64,000 bases of DNA from Desulfobacteraceae bacterium (GTDB taxonomy: Bacteria > Desulfobacterota > Desulfobacteria > Desulfobacterales > SURF-7): NCBI GenBank assembly GCA_003599865.1, contig QZKS01000093.1, positions 3,484 through 67,483 of the forward strand, read 5' to 3'. Position 1 is the first letter of the stretch; every line of letters starts with the position of its first letter. The notes beneath the pieces were generated by a model that did not search any database, had not been told where the DNA came from, and worked only from the letters and a program-made list of their open reading frames with translations. Below are positions 1 to 8,735 of the stretch, one piece after another. The translations under genes and the position numbers were made by a program.

Positions 1-1293
1 ATGCGGCCTGTTCCGTTGCCCCCTGGGACAGGGACTGGCTCGAATCCGATACCTGGGAAGAGCCTGCGGCAACCTGATCGGAAGCCAGATGAAGATCGCT
101 CACGATCCGGTTCAGGCTGTTCACCATATTGAGCAAAGAACTGCCCAGCCGGTCCTCTTCAGAGGCGATATGGATCTGCTGCATCAGATCCCCGTTGGCA
201 ATGCCGTCGGCAGCATCGGATTTCCGGTTCAGTTCATCCACAACCGCGTTCAACGCTTCCCCCATTTTGCCGATTTCATCATATCCGGTTTCCAGCTTGA
301 CGCTCAAGTTGCCCTTTTGCAGTTCATTGGCAAATTTGCCGACCTGCTTCACCGGTTTGATGATGATGGCATTCAGCATAAACCACAGCCCAGCGCCCAG
401 AAATAAGGCAATGACAAAACCAATGGAAAGCATCAGGTTCCTGAGTGTTTCGGCAGATGCAAAAATTTCCTTTTTGGGTGCGGTTACCGCAATGATCCAG
501 TTCAGGTTTTTTTCCTCTTTGAATGAGGCATATTTTTCGATTTCCTGGTATTCATAATGCAATACCCCGTTCTTTTTATCGAGGATCTCTTTTCCAAAAT
601 CAAATTGGCTCATGTTTGTTTTCAGAATCTGGGACTTGTCCGGGTGTGCGATGACCACACCGTTCTTGTCCGTCAGATAGACATAACCGGTCTCGCCGAC
701 CTTGATGCTGTCGATAAATTGGGCACTGAATGCCCCCATGTCCACAACCGCGAAAATAACGCCTCCGACGGTTTTTGTCTTTATATCGAAAACCGGTGCG
801 GATATGACAAAGACCGGATGGTTTGAGCCCTTGCTGAGGATCACATTGGAAATGGCCGGTTTGCCTTCCATGGATATTTTGAAATACTCCCGGTCCGTGA
901 TGTTGACCTTGCCGATCAGGTTTTCATCGGAAGCGACAATGACATCCCCTTTGGCGTCGACCAGTACCAGGGATTCATAGATTTTGTACTGTTCCTGCCA
1001 TTTGGCAAGCTGAAGGGACGCGCTTTTGCGGGCGGTCTTTCCCATAAAATTATCCGGAAGGGAATTCTGAAATACATCCAGTTCCGCCCAGTTTTCAATG
1101 TCCAGCTTGTTCCGTTCGATCCAGGATGATATCAGGGCGACAGTCGAATCGGCAATCTGATTCATCTGCCCGTAAACGGCATTTTGAAGCGAACGGCTTG
1201 AACCGGAATAGGAAACAATGATGGAAATCAGCATCCCGACAATGACCAGAGAAACGGTCGGCAGCAGAAATTTACCTTTGATACCCAGCCTCA
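1..1293 (-). CDS. Methyl-accepting chemotaxis protein with a Cache-type periplasmic sensor, HAMP and MCP signalling domain. The C-terminus runs off the window edge.
   Basis: Not in the ORF track because it is open to the window edge. My translation from ATG 1293 starts MRLGIKGKFLLPTVSLVIVGMLISIIV (TM1). A Cache-like block follows (YFKISMEGKPAISNVILSKGSNHPVFVISAPV, GYVYLTDKNGVVIAHPD), then TM2, a HAMP region (IIKPVKQVGKFANELQKGNLSV) and LASDQVAAGSSQVSDSSQSLSQGATEQAA, which is typical of the MCP signalling domain. Confidence 0.85.
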
Positions 1294-1329
1294 TGGGACC
1301 TCCTGACGAAGATGAAAAAATAAATGTGT

Positions 1330-2277
1330 TTATTCAATAATTTTTGCAGTGGACAGAATATCGTATGGCACCTCAATCCCAAGATTCTGCGCGGTTTTGG
1401 AATTCAGGAAGAAAATCGGGTCCGGGTCAACCTTTACCGGAACATCCTTGACCGCTTTGCCTTTGATCAGGACATCCACGACCGATTCCGCAAGCATATA
1501 TCCGAGTTTCTCGTCATCCGCCACAAATCCGCACAGCGCTCCCTTCTTCACGGCATCATTTGAATAGGAAACAACCGGTGTCTTTCCGGCAGCAGCGACA
1601 ATCGGAATGGTATTGTCCATGATCAGCGCCTGATTGCCGATGATAATGGCGGAGACTTTTCCCTTGTATTCGTTCACGGCTGATACCATTTCATCTACCG
1701 TGGTACAGAATTTTTCATTGTAGGAAATGCCGCGCTTGGCGCATGCGGTTTTTGTGCCTTCCTGGTCTACCATGGTAGATGGATTCCCCTGGCCGAGGAG
1801 CAATAATACGGATTTCATATCCGGAAGAATGGCGGTGAAGATTTCAAACTGGGTTTCATGGGGAAGATAATATGTCACGCCGGTGATGTTTCCCTCCGGC
1901 GCATTCAAATTGCTGATTGCCCCGAGTGTACCGGGATGGTTGCAGCCGCCGATAAATGTCGGAACCGCTGTCTTGTTGCTTCCGAGCCATTCAGCAGCGT
2001 TGGATCGGATAAGAACCATCCCTTTTTTGGTTTTCCCCCACGCGGCGGCAGTTTGTGCCAGGTCATCTATGGAAGCCAGATCCTTTTGATATTCAACTTT
2101 GATCTGCGGAGCCAGTTCCTTGATTCCTTTTTCAAATCCGGCAGCTACCCTGTCTGCCATGCCGGACTTGCCCGACCATGCCAGTCCGACTTCAACAGCA
2201 GCAGCCTGTGAACCATAACCGAACAGCATGGCAAGCGTGATAAACATGATGAAAAATACAGAAATTCCCGATTTCAT
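1330..2277 (-). CDS. Periplasmic substrate-binding protein of the ABC_sub_bind (COG2984) type
   Basis: ORF 1330..2349. I moved the start to ATG 2277, which has AAAGGAGG upstream and gives the signal peptide MKSGISVFFIMFITLAMLFGYGSQAAA. The body (GKTPVVSYSNDAVKKGALCGFVADDEKLGYMLAE) fits this binding-protein family from memory. It lies 37 nt upstream of the MCP on the same strand. Confidence 0.7.
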   Translation of the reverse strand: MKSGISVFFIMFITLAMLFGYGSQAAAVEVGLAWSGKSGMADRVAAGFEKGIKELAPQIKVEYQKDLASIDDLAQTAAAWGKTKKGMVLIRSNAAEWLGSNKTAVPTFIGGCNHPGTLGAISNLNAPEGNITGVTYYLPHETQFEIFTAILPDMKSVLLLLGQGNPSTMVDQEGTKTACAKRGISYNEKFCTTVDEMVSAVNEYKGKVSAIIIGNQALIMDNTIPIVAAAGKTPVVSYSNDAVKKGALCGFVADDEKLGYMLAESVVDVLIKGKAVKDVPVKVDPDPIFFLNSKTAQNLGIEVPYDILSTAKIIE

Positions 2278-2567
2278 GTGATGGCCTCCTTTTGAATGAA
2301 TTGTTTCCGTTACTGCGGCCGGCGTTTTGCCGGTTTGAGCAATTAACAAAGGTGTCGTTTTAACTGAACAAATATGAACAAGGGGGTCAGCACCATTCGA
2401 TAAAAAACGGATGGTGACGATGATCAGAAAATATGTTTTTGATTGATTGTTATGATGCGCTAAACAGTCGATGATTTGAATACTGGCTATTATTACCGCA
2501 TCAGGGGAAAAAATACAATACCATAATTGTTGATTCCGCCGCTGGTCGACTGTTGAGGGATGGATGT

Positions 2568-3512
2568 CTATTTGTCGGAAACGGATATCGTCCCCATGAC
2601 ATGGTAATCATATTTGCCGTTTTCCCAGTCATAGTAATATCGAATCTCATATTGTCCGGCATCCAGTCCCCCAAGGGAAAGCGTTCCCTCTTTGATCTGT
2701 GAGCCTGTGTAGGAATAGGTCTGGTAATAATTTTCCCCTTCATCGGGCTTGGCAATGGATATCCAGTCATGGTCGTTTCCGGGAAAGTGGGAAAAAGAAA
2801 GATCAATCTGTTCATACTGGGCATATACTTTTTTGCTGGGAACGACGGAAGGCTTGATATTCGCGGCTTTCTTGCTTGTTTTGACGGCAACGTCGGTTTT
2901 GCCTGCACCATCTGCTTTGCCTGCAGCGTCGGTTTTAGCTGCCTTATCGGTTGATTTCCGGTTTTCCGCAGATTTTTTCTCAGCAACAGCGGTGGTTTCC
3001 TGGCTGGTTTTTTTTCTTTTCGTCCCGGATATTTCAGCAGTCTGACTGGTCGTGCCGGTCAGTTTTCTGCAGAACAGCTTGGTGGCCTCCAGCAGTTCGT
3101 TTTCATTGGCTGCCGACTGGTTTACGGCAAATTCAGCGATTCCCTTTTCAATATCGACAATTCTTCCGCTGATAATAATGGCATCTCCCAGTTGCATGAC
3201 CGTACCGATGAGAATTTTCTGGGCAGACAGGAGTTCACCCATTTTAATGGCATAAGCATCATTGATAACGCCGGTTTGCTGGATGCCCTGTTCTTTGAAA
3301 ACCATATCCATCTGATTTCGTTCAATGACCGTATATACCCCGGTATTGACGATTTCCGTCCGGATCAGTTCGGAGATCCGGAGGGCTTTGTCCTTGGCGA
3401 TTCCGTCCGCCCGGAGGTCCATGACGGCGATCCGGTTTTTTTCCGCCATTGCCAGGGCAGGAATCAGAAACAGGAGGGTGATGAAGAGTGTAATCTTTTT
3501 TAGAGAGGCCAT
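2568..3512 (-). CDS. Secreted protein with a CsgG/LpoB-like N-terminal domain, a K/A/T-rich low-complexity linker and a small C-terminal beta-rich domain
   Basis: Signal peptide MASLKKITLFITLLFLIPALAMA. The N-terminal block is NRIAVMDLRADGI...VYTVIERNQMDMVFKEQGIQQTG...LLSAQKILIGTVMQLGDAIIISGRIVDIEKG. The linker is KTDAAGKADGAGKTDVAVKT. Confidence 0.6.
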   Translation of the reverse strand: MASLKKITLFITLLFLIPALAMAEKNRIAVMDLRADGIAKDKALRISELIRTEIVNTGVYTVIERNQMDMVFKEQGIQQTGVINDAYAIKMGELLSAQKILIGTVMQLGDAIIISGRIVDIEKGIAEFAVNQSAANENELLEATKLFCRKLTGTTSQTAEISGTKRKKTSQETTAVAEKKSAENRKSTDKAAKTDAAGKADGAGKTDVAVKTSKKAANIKPSVVPSKKVYAQYEQIDLSFSHFPGNDHDWISIAKPDEGENYYQTYSYTGSQIKEGTLSLGGLDAGQYEIRYYYDWENGKYDYHVMGTISVSDK

Positions 3513-3533
3513 TTTTATTCCTAAAAAAACAGG

Positions 3534-4097
3534 TTAATAATTGGTGTTTTTTTCCCATAATGCAGCTGCTTTTTTCTGGCTTGCCGCAATCTGCTTGCTG
3601 GTTAATTTGGGTTCAATGACGATCAGGTTGTGTTTGGCATCCTTATGCCCCTGTGCGGCAGCGAGGCTGTACCAGACATAGGCCTCCATCAGGTTTTCCG
3701 GTACGCCCTTTCCTTGTTCATGGACAATGCCGAGATTATACTGTGCATTGTCGTGCCCCTGTTCGGCGGCCTTTGTAAACCATTTGATGGCTTCCACATA
3801 ATTCTGGGGCACGCCATCCCCGTTCAGATACATGACTCCCAGATTGTTCTGCGCCTTGGCATCATGCTTTTCCGCTGCTTTTTTAAACCACTTCATGGCC
3901 TCGACATAGTTTACCGGTATTCCGTCTCCATTCAGGTAGACCAGACCCAGGTCATTCTGGGCAATGGGATCACCCTGTTGGGCTGCTTTTTTTTTCAGTG
4001 CTTCAATCTGCTTTTTATCAACAGACAATGCATTGCCGTAACATAAAAAAACAATGCCGAGGCTGATGAGGAAGCCCAATCGTAATTTCCTGTACAT
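3534..4097 (-). CDS. Sel1-repeat (TPR-like) secreted protein
   Basis: ORF 3534..4199. I moved the start to ATG 4097 (GGAG upstream; MYRKLRLGFLISLGIVFLCYG signal or anchor). There are four Sel1-like units of the form AQNNLGVMYLNGDGVPQNYVEAIKWFTKAAEQGH. Confidence 0.8.
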   Translation of the reverse strand: MYRKLRLGFLISLGIVFLCYGNALSVDKKQIEALKKKAAQQGDPIAQNDLGLVYLNGDGIPVNYVEAMKWFKKAAEKHDAKAQNNLGVMYLNGDGVPQNYVEAIKWFTKAAEQGHDNAQYNLGIVHEQGKGVPENLMEAYVWYSLAAAQGHKDAKHNLIVIEPKLTSKQIAASQKKAAALWEKNTNY

Positions 4098-4272
4098 AGA
4101 TAATCTCCGGGTGATAATCGTCATTGGGTGATGGTGTTTATTGTTCTGGTAAATAATAATGCGTATTGACATATCAAATAATCCATACCAAAACAACAAA
4201 AACTATATTCGTTTGGCCGGTTGGCCGATGGGCAGGACAACGGATGGAATGAAAAACAAGGATTGAGACGAC

Positions 4273-5013
4273 ATGACGGTCCCGGATAGGGGAATAGCCG
4301 TTGTTATTCCGGTGTACAACCATGATCAAATGGCTGCTGAAGTGGCAGGCCGCGCAATGCAGCATGGATATCCCGTGTTTGTTGTGGATGACGGGTCAAC
4401 GGACGGGAGCTTGGCAAAACTCCGAACGATTCCGGGTATTCATCTCCTGCAGCATGAAAAGAACAGAGGCAAGGGCGCGGCCCTGGTTACGGGTTTTCAG
4501 GCAGCGCAAACGGTGGCGGACTGGGCCGTTACAATGGATGCGGACGGCCAGCATAATCCGGATGACCTGACCGCACTGGTGAAGGCCATCCCGAAAGATG
4601 CCCGGCCCATTATTATCGGAATGCGGCTGGGAATGGACAACCGCAACGTACCCTGGACCAGCCGGTTCGGCCGGGAGTTTTCCAATTTCTGGGTATGGGC
4701 CGCAGGCGGGCAATGGCTCCGGGATTCCCAGAGCGGTTTCCGGATCTATCCGCTGCCGGAAACCCTGAATCTTGGTGCCCGCTCCGAGCGGTTTCAGTTT
4801 GAGGTCGAGGTGCTGGCCAGGGCCGGATGGAACCGGATTCCCGTGATAGAGGTTCCGGTCGGCGTGGTGTATGAAAAACCCGGGAAAAGAAAATCCCATT
4901 TCCGGCCCTTTGTTGATTTTCTGCGAAACAGCCATGTGTTTACCCGCCTGATTCTGACAAGAATTTTTGTACGGCTATGGAAAAGAAAAACAAAACAGAG
5001 CGCATCCTCATGA
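4273..5013 (+). CDS. Family 2 glycosyltransferase (dolichyl-phosphate mannose synthase-like)
   Basis: IAVVIPVYNHD...PVFVVDDGSTDGS...VTMDADGQHNP, followed by a C-terminal amphipathic or membrane segment. Confidence 0.8.
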   Translation: MTVPDRGIAVVIPVYNHDQMAAEVAGRAMQHGYPVFVVDDGSTDGSLAKLRTIPGIHLLQHEKNRGKGAALVTGFQAAQTVADWAVTMDADGQHNPDDLTALVKAIPKDARPIIIGMRLGMDNRNVPWTSRFGREFSNFWVWAAGGQWLRDSQSGFRIYPLPETLNLGARSERFQFEVEVLARAGWNRIPVIEVPVGVVYEKPGKRKSHFRPFVDFLRNSHVFTRLILTRIFVRLWKRKTKQSASS

Positions 5014-5111
5014 AAAAAATAACTTGAAAAAAATAGGGATAGGAATAAAGATGACGTTTTCCATAAACCCGAAAGAGCAGGTGAACCATTATCATCGCAG
5101 AGGTAAAATGA

Positions 5112-6671
5112 ATGTTGGACAATGCGGCAAAGAACCGCACACTGGTTGTTGACGAGGAACAATTTTCCCTGGAACAGATCATCGAAGTCGCCAGGGGCAG
5201 GGCCTGGATTACCATCAGCCCGGATGAGGCATTCCGGACACACCTGCAAAAATCACAGAAAATACTGCTTGATGCCATGACCGACGGCATACCGGTTTAC
5301 GGGGTCACAACCGGATTCGGAAAATGCTGCGGCAAGAGGATGGTCAGGGATGTCGCGATTCAGAACGGCCTGAATCTGATCCGGTTTCATGGCTGTGGAA
5401 CCGGTGAATCCATCCATCCGCTTCAGGTGCGTGCGGCCATGGTTACCCGGATTCTTTGTTTTGCCAGAGGTTACTCCGGGGTTTCGGTTAACCTCCTGGA
5501 AAGTCTGGCAGCCTTTTTGAATCATGATATTGTGCCGGTGATTCCGTCCGAAGGTTCCGTCGGCGCATCCGGTGATCTGACGCCCATGTCCTATGTGGCA
5601 GCCACGCTGATGGGAGAGCGCGAGGTGTTTTATCAGGGAAAACAGATGCCTGCCATGGTTGCTCTGGAAAAGGCAGGTCTATCGCCGTACCGGTTTGAGC
5701 CCAAGGAACCGCTGGCGATCATGAACGGCACGGCCATTATGACCGGCATGGCGGTGATGATTACCGAGAGGGCGGAGCGGATTCTGAATGCGGCGATTTA
5801 CGCAACAGCATTGAGCATTCATGGGCTGATGGGCAATGCGCATCATTATCATCCGGCGATCTCGAAAGCAAAACCCCATCCCGGACAGATCCTGGTGGCG
5901 GACCGGATTCTTCGTCTGCTGACCAGCACGGAAGAACCGGCTCTTTTTGAATCCAAGGCCCTGGAAACGCTTCAGGACCCCTATTCCATACGATGTACGC
6001 CCCAGGTTGCCGGCGTACTGCACGATACCCTGAAATGGTCCCGGGAATGGATCGGGATCGAAGCCAACAGTGCAAACGACAATCCCCTGTTTGATCCGGA
6101 AACCGGTCAGGTGGTGATGGGCGGAAATTTTTACGGCGGTCATATTGCATCCGCCATGGATTCGCTGAAAGCCGCGCTGGCCTCGATTGCGGACATGTCG
6201 GACCGGCAGGTGGCCGTTCTGGTGGATGCCAATGTCAACCGGGGGCTGCCTTCCGATCTGGTCCGGCTTACCGGGGATGACCGGCTGTTCAATCATGGAT
6301 TCAAAGCCATGTCCATCTCCTCTTCCGCCCTGGCAGCCGAGGCGTTGAAGCTGACCATGCCGGCAGCTTCCTTTTCCCGTTCCACCGAATCCCATAATCA
6401 GGACAAGGTGAGCATGGGGACCATCGCGGCAAGGGATGCGGATCGGATCTGCCGGCTTGTGGAACGGGTCGTGGCCATTCATCTGCTGGCAGCGGTTCAG
6501 GCCTGTGAGATACGGGGCGGAATTTCCGCGCGTCCCGGACTGGATGAGACGGTTAAAAGACTGCGGGATGTGGCGCCGCCGCTTTTTGAGGATCGGCCCA
6601 TGGATCAGGATATTGAAGCGGTTGTGCGGGTCATTTCCGGTTCCGACCTGTTTGAAATGATTCATGCGTAA
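5112..6671 (+). CDS. MIO-dependent aromatic amino acid or histidine ammonia-lyase (HAL/PAL/TAL family)
   Basis: 519 aa. The MIO-forming Ala-Ser-Gly sits in SEGSVGASGDLTPMSY. Other family blocks are YGVTTGFG, NLIRFHGCGTG and NDNPLF. Confidence 0.85.
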   Translation: MLDNAAKNRTLVVDEEQFSLEQIIEVARGRAWITISPDEAFRTHLQKSQKILLDAMTDGIPVYGVTTGFGKCCGKRMVRDVAIQNGLNLIRFHGCGTGESIHPLQVRAAMVTRILCFARGYSGVSVNLLESLAAFLNHDIVPVIPSEGSVGASGDLTPMSYVAATLMGEREVFYQGKQMPAMVALEKAGLSPYRFEPKEPLAIMNGTAIMTGMAVMITERAERILNAAIYATALSIHGLMGNAHHYHPAISKAKPHPGQILVADRILRLLTSTEEPALFESKALETLQDPYSIRCTPQVAGVLHDTLKWSREWIGIEANSANDNPLFDPETGQVVMGGNFYGGHIASAMDSLKAALASIADMSDRQVAVLVDANVNRGLPSDLVRLTGDDRLFNHGFKAMSISSSALAAEALKLTMPAASFSRSTESHNQDKVSMGTIAARDADRICRLVERVVAIHLLAAVQACEIRGGISARPGLDETVKRLRDVAPPLFEDRPMDQDIEAVVRVISGSDLFEMIHA

Positions 6672-6712
6672 GATTCATACCTCCCGGACCGGACATGAAA
6701 AAGGCATAATGT

Positions 6713-7489
6713 ATGGCTGTTCGAATCAGAAAAGGGATTTTCATGTTTTTCATGTTTTTCCTGTTTGCCGTCGGGATTCTGCTGGAGCTCCTGCTGGTTC
6801 TGCCGATCATTGCCGTACTGGAATGGTGTTCATCCCATAAACCCTCACGCATGCAGAACACCCATCGGTTTTTTCTGGCTATCTGGCTCGGGCTGATGCG
6901 TGCCGGCGGACTTCTTGCGGCAAAACCGGCAAAAGGTCATTGTGGTGAAGGCCCCTGTATCATCATTGCCAATCATCCGGGGCTGTTTGATGTATTGTTT
7001 CTGATTCGTGACATTCCCAGACTGACGGTTCTGGTAAAACGCTCCCTGGCCACATGGCTTCCCCTGGGTCCGATCTTCCGGTCATCCGGATATGTCCTGT
7101 CTCCAAAGGGAAGCACGGAAAGTCCGATGATATCCCTGCTGGATGCCATGGAAAAATTGAGGTCGGGATATAAATTCCTTTTGTTTCCGGAAGGCACAAG
7201 ATCTCCTGTGGGGGCGCTTCGGAAGTTCCAGGCAGGGGCATTTAAAATCGCCCAGAAGCAGGGTGTTCCGATTCAGCCGGTGCTGATTTATAATGATCCG
7301 CCTTTCCTTCCCAAAGGAGATCCCTGGTATTTTCCGGCAAAAGAGACTTCCGTGATTCAGATTGAGTTTATGGAGCCGATCCATATCCCGAAAGAAAAAA
7401 ATATCCGGGATGTGGTCAAAGAGGTTGAAAATCTGTATTACAGGGCATTGATTCAAAACAGCGGACGGAGAGACGGAAATGAACCATAA
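6713..7489 (+). CDS. PlsC-family acyltransferase (1-acyl-sn-glycerol-3-phosphate acyltransferase-like)
   Basis: N-terminal TM, an HX4D motif (NHPGLFD) and FPEGTRS. The 3' end overlaps the KS start by 11 nt. Confidence 0.75.
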   Translation: MAVRIRKGIFMFFMFFLFAVGILLELLLVLPIIAVLEWCSSHKPSRMQNTHRFFLAIWLGLMRAGGLLAAKPAKGHCGEGPCIIIANHPGLFDVLFLIRDIPRLTVLVKRSLATWLPLGPIFRSSGYVLSPKGSTESPMISLLDAMEKLRSGYKFLLFPEGTRSPVGALRKFQAGAFKIAQKQGVPIQPVLIYNDPPFLPKGDPWYFPAKETSVIQIEFMEPIHIPKEKNIRDVVKEVENLYYRALIQNSGRRDGNEP

Positions 7490-8711
7490 GCCAAGGGTGG
7501 TTGTCACGGGTATCGGCGTCATCTCTCCTCTGGGGAACTCGATGGATGCACTGTCATCCAATATCCGGGAGCGGAAAAGCGGAATCCGGACGATGCCGGA
7601 GTGGGATGAAATCGAGAACCTCCGGTGCAAGGTGGCGGGCATCTGTGACGGATTCGATGAAAAACGGATTCCCCGGCAGTTCCGGCGCACCATGGGGAGA
7701 GTCGGCATCCTGGCATCCATGGCCGCACTTCAGGCGGTTTCGGATTCCGGCCTTACGGAAGAAGAAGTTTCTTCGGAAAGGTGCGGGGTTTCCTTTGGCT
7801 CCACAGAAGGAAGCACGACATCCATGGAGATTTTTTTCCGGCAGGCATCGACAAACCGGAGTCTGAAGGGGATGCAGTCTTCCTCTTATTTACAGTTCAT
7901 GAGTCATACCTGTGCGGCAAATATCGCCATCCTGTTCCAAGCCAAAGGGCCGCTGATCGCCTCCTGTACGGCATGTGTTTCCGGTTCCCAGGGCATCGGG
8001 TTCGGGTATGAGGCAATCCGGCAGGGCAGGGCGGACATGATGATTACCGGCGGCGCCGAAGAAATGCATTTCATGAATGCCGGGGTGTTTGATATCATGC
8101 GTACCACCTCCACCCGCTTTAATGATACGCCCGGTTTGACGCCAAGGCCCTTTGACAGGGATCGGGACGGTCTGGTGGTGAGCGAGGGAGGAGGATGCCT
8201 CATTCTGGAAGAGTATGAGCATGCCCGGAAAAGAAGTGCCCGGATCTATGCGGAAGTACTGGGATATGGAAACAATTGCGACGGTTCGCACCTGACCAGT
8301 CCGGGAGTGGAGGGCCTGATCGGGGCATCGAAGATCGCCTTGCAGCAGGCCGGTCTTTCACCGGACAGGATCGGTCATGTCAATGCCCATGCCACGGCAA
8401 CCGAGGCCGGAGATATTGCCGAGTCCAAGGCCATTTATTCCGTGTTCGGAGACCGGGTTCCGGTGACCGGGTTCAAGGGATATCTGGGCCATACCCTGGG
8501 GGCATGCGGAGCGATCGAATCGATCATCACCATCATGATGATGCGGGAAGGCTTTATGGCTCCGACCCGGAATCTGTCCGTTCCCGATCCATTATGCGCC
8601 CCGATCAGCCATGTGATGGGTGATGTGCGGGATGTTTCATTTGAGATCGGGATGAACAACAATTTCGCATTCGGCGGAATCAACACATCCCTGATTTTTG
8701 CCAGGGTATAA
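7479..8711 (+). CDS. Beta-ketoacyl-ACP synthase (FabF/FabB-like KS)
   Basis: 410 aa. Cys-His-His triad context: IASCTACVSGSQ, VNAHATATEAGD and GYLGHTLGACG. Confidence 0.85.
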   Translation: MNHKPRVVVTGIGVISPLGNSMDALSSNIRERKSGIRTMPEWDEIENLRCKVAGICDGFDEKRIPRQFRRTMGRVGILASMAALQAVSDSGLTEEEVSSERCGVSFGSTEGSTTSMEIFFRQASTNRSLKGMQSSSYLQFMSHTCAANIAILFQAKGPLIASCTACVSGSQGIGFGYEAIRQGRADMMITGGAEEMHFMNAGVFDIMRTTSTRFNDTPGLTPRPFDRDRDGLVVSEGGGCLILEEYEHARKRSARIYAEVLGYGNNCDGSHLTSPGVEGLIGASKIALQQAGLSPDRIGHVNAHATATEAGDIAESKAIYSVFGDRVPVTGFKGYLGHTLGACGAIESIITIMMMREGFMAPTRNLSVPDPLCAPISHVMGDVRDVSFEIGMNNNFAFGGINTSLIFARV

Positions 8712-8735
8712 TCCGGAGCAGACAACCGATAAACC

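Noticed and set aside
5679-6665. Long antisense or shadow ORFs opposite well-supported genes: 5679..6665 (-), 9327..10304 (-), 33527..34447 (-), 36071..36835 (-), 40114..41061 (-), 41696..42616 (-), 46407..47306 (+), 50330..51418 (+), 22608..23366 (-), 16861..17625 (+)
   Set aside because: Each fully overlaps a gene whose product carries clear family motifs (HAL, MMPL, HdrL, HdrA, radical SAM, SerC, UbiD, MtnA, MoaA). Their own translations are compositionally biased (R, G, P, H rich) and lack motifs, signal peptides or ribosome-binding sites.
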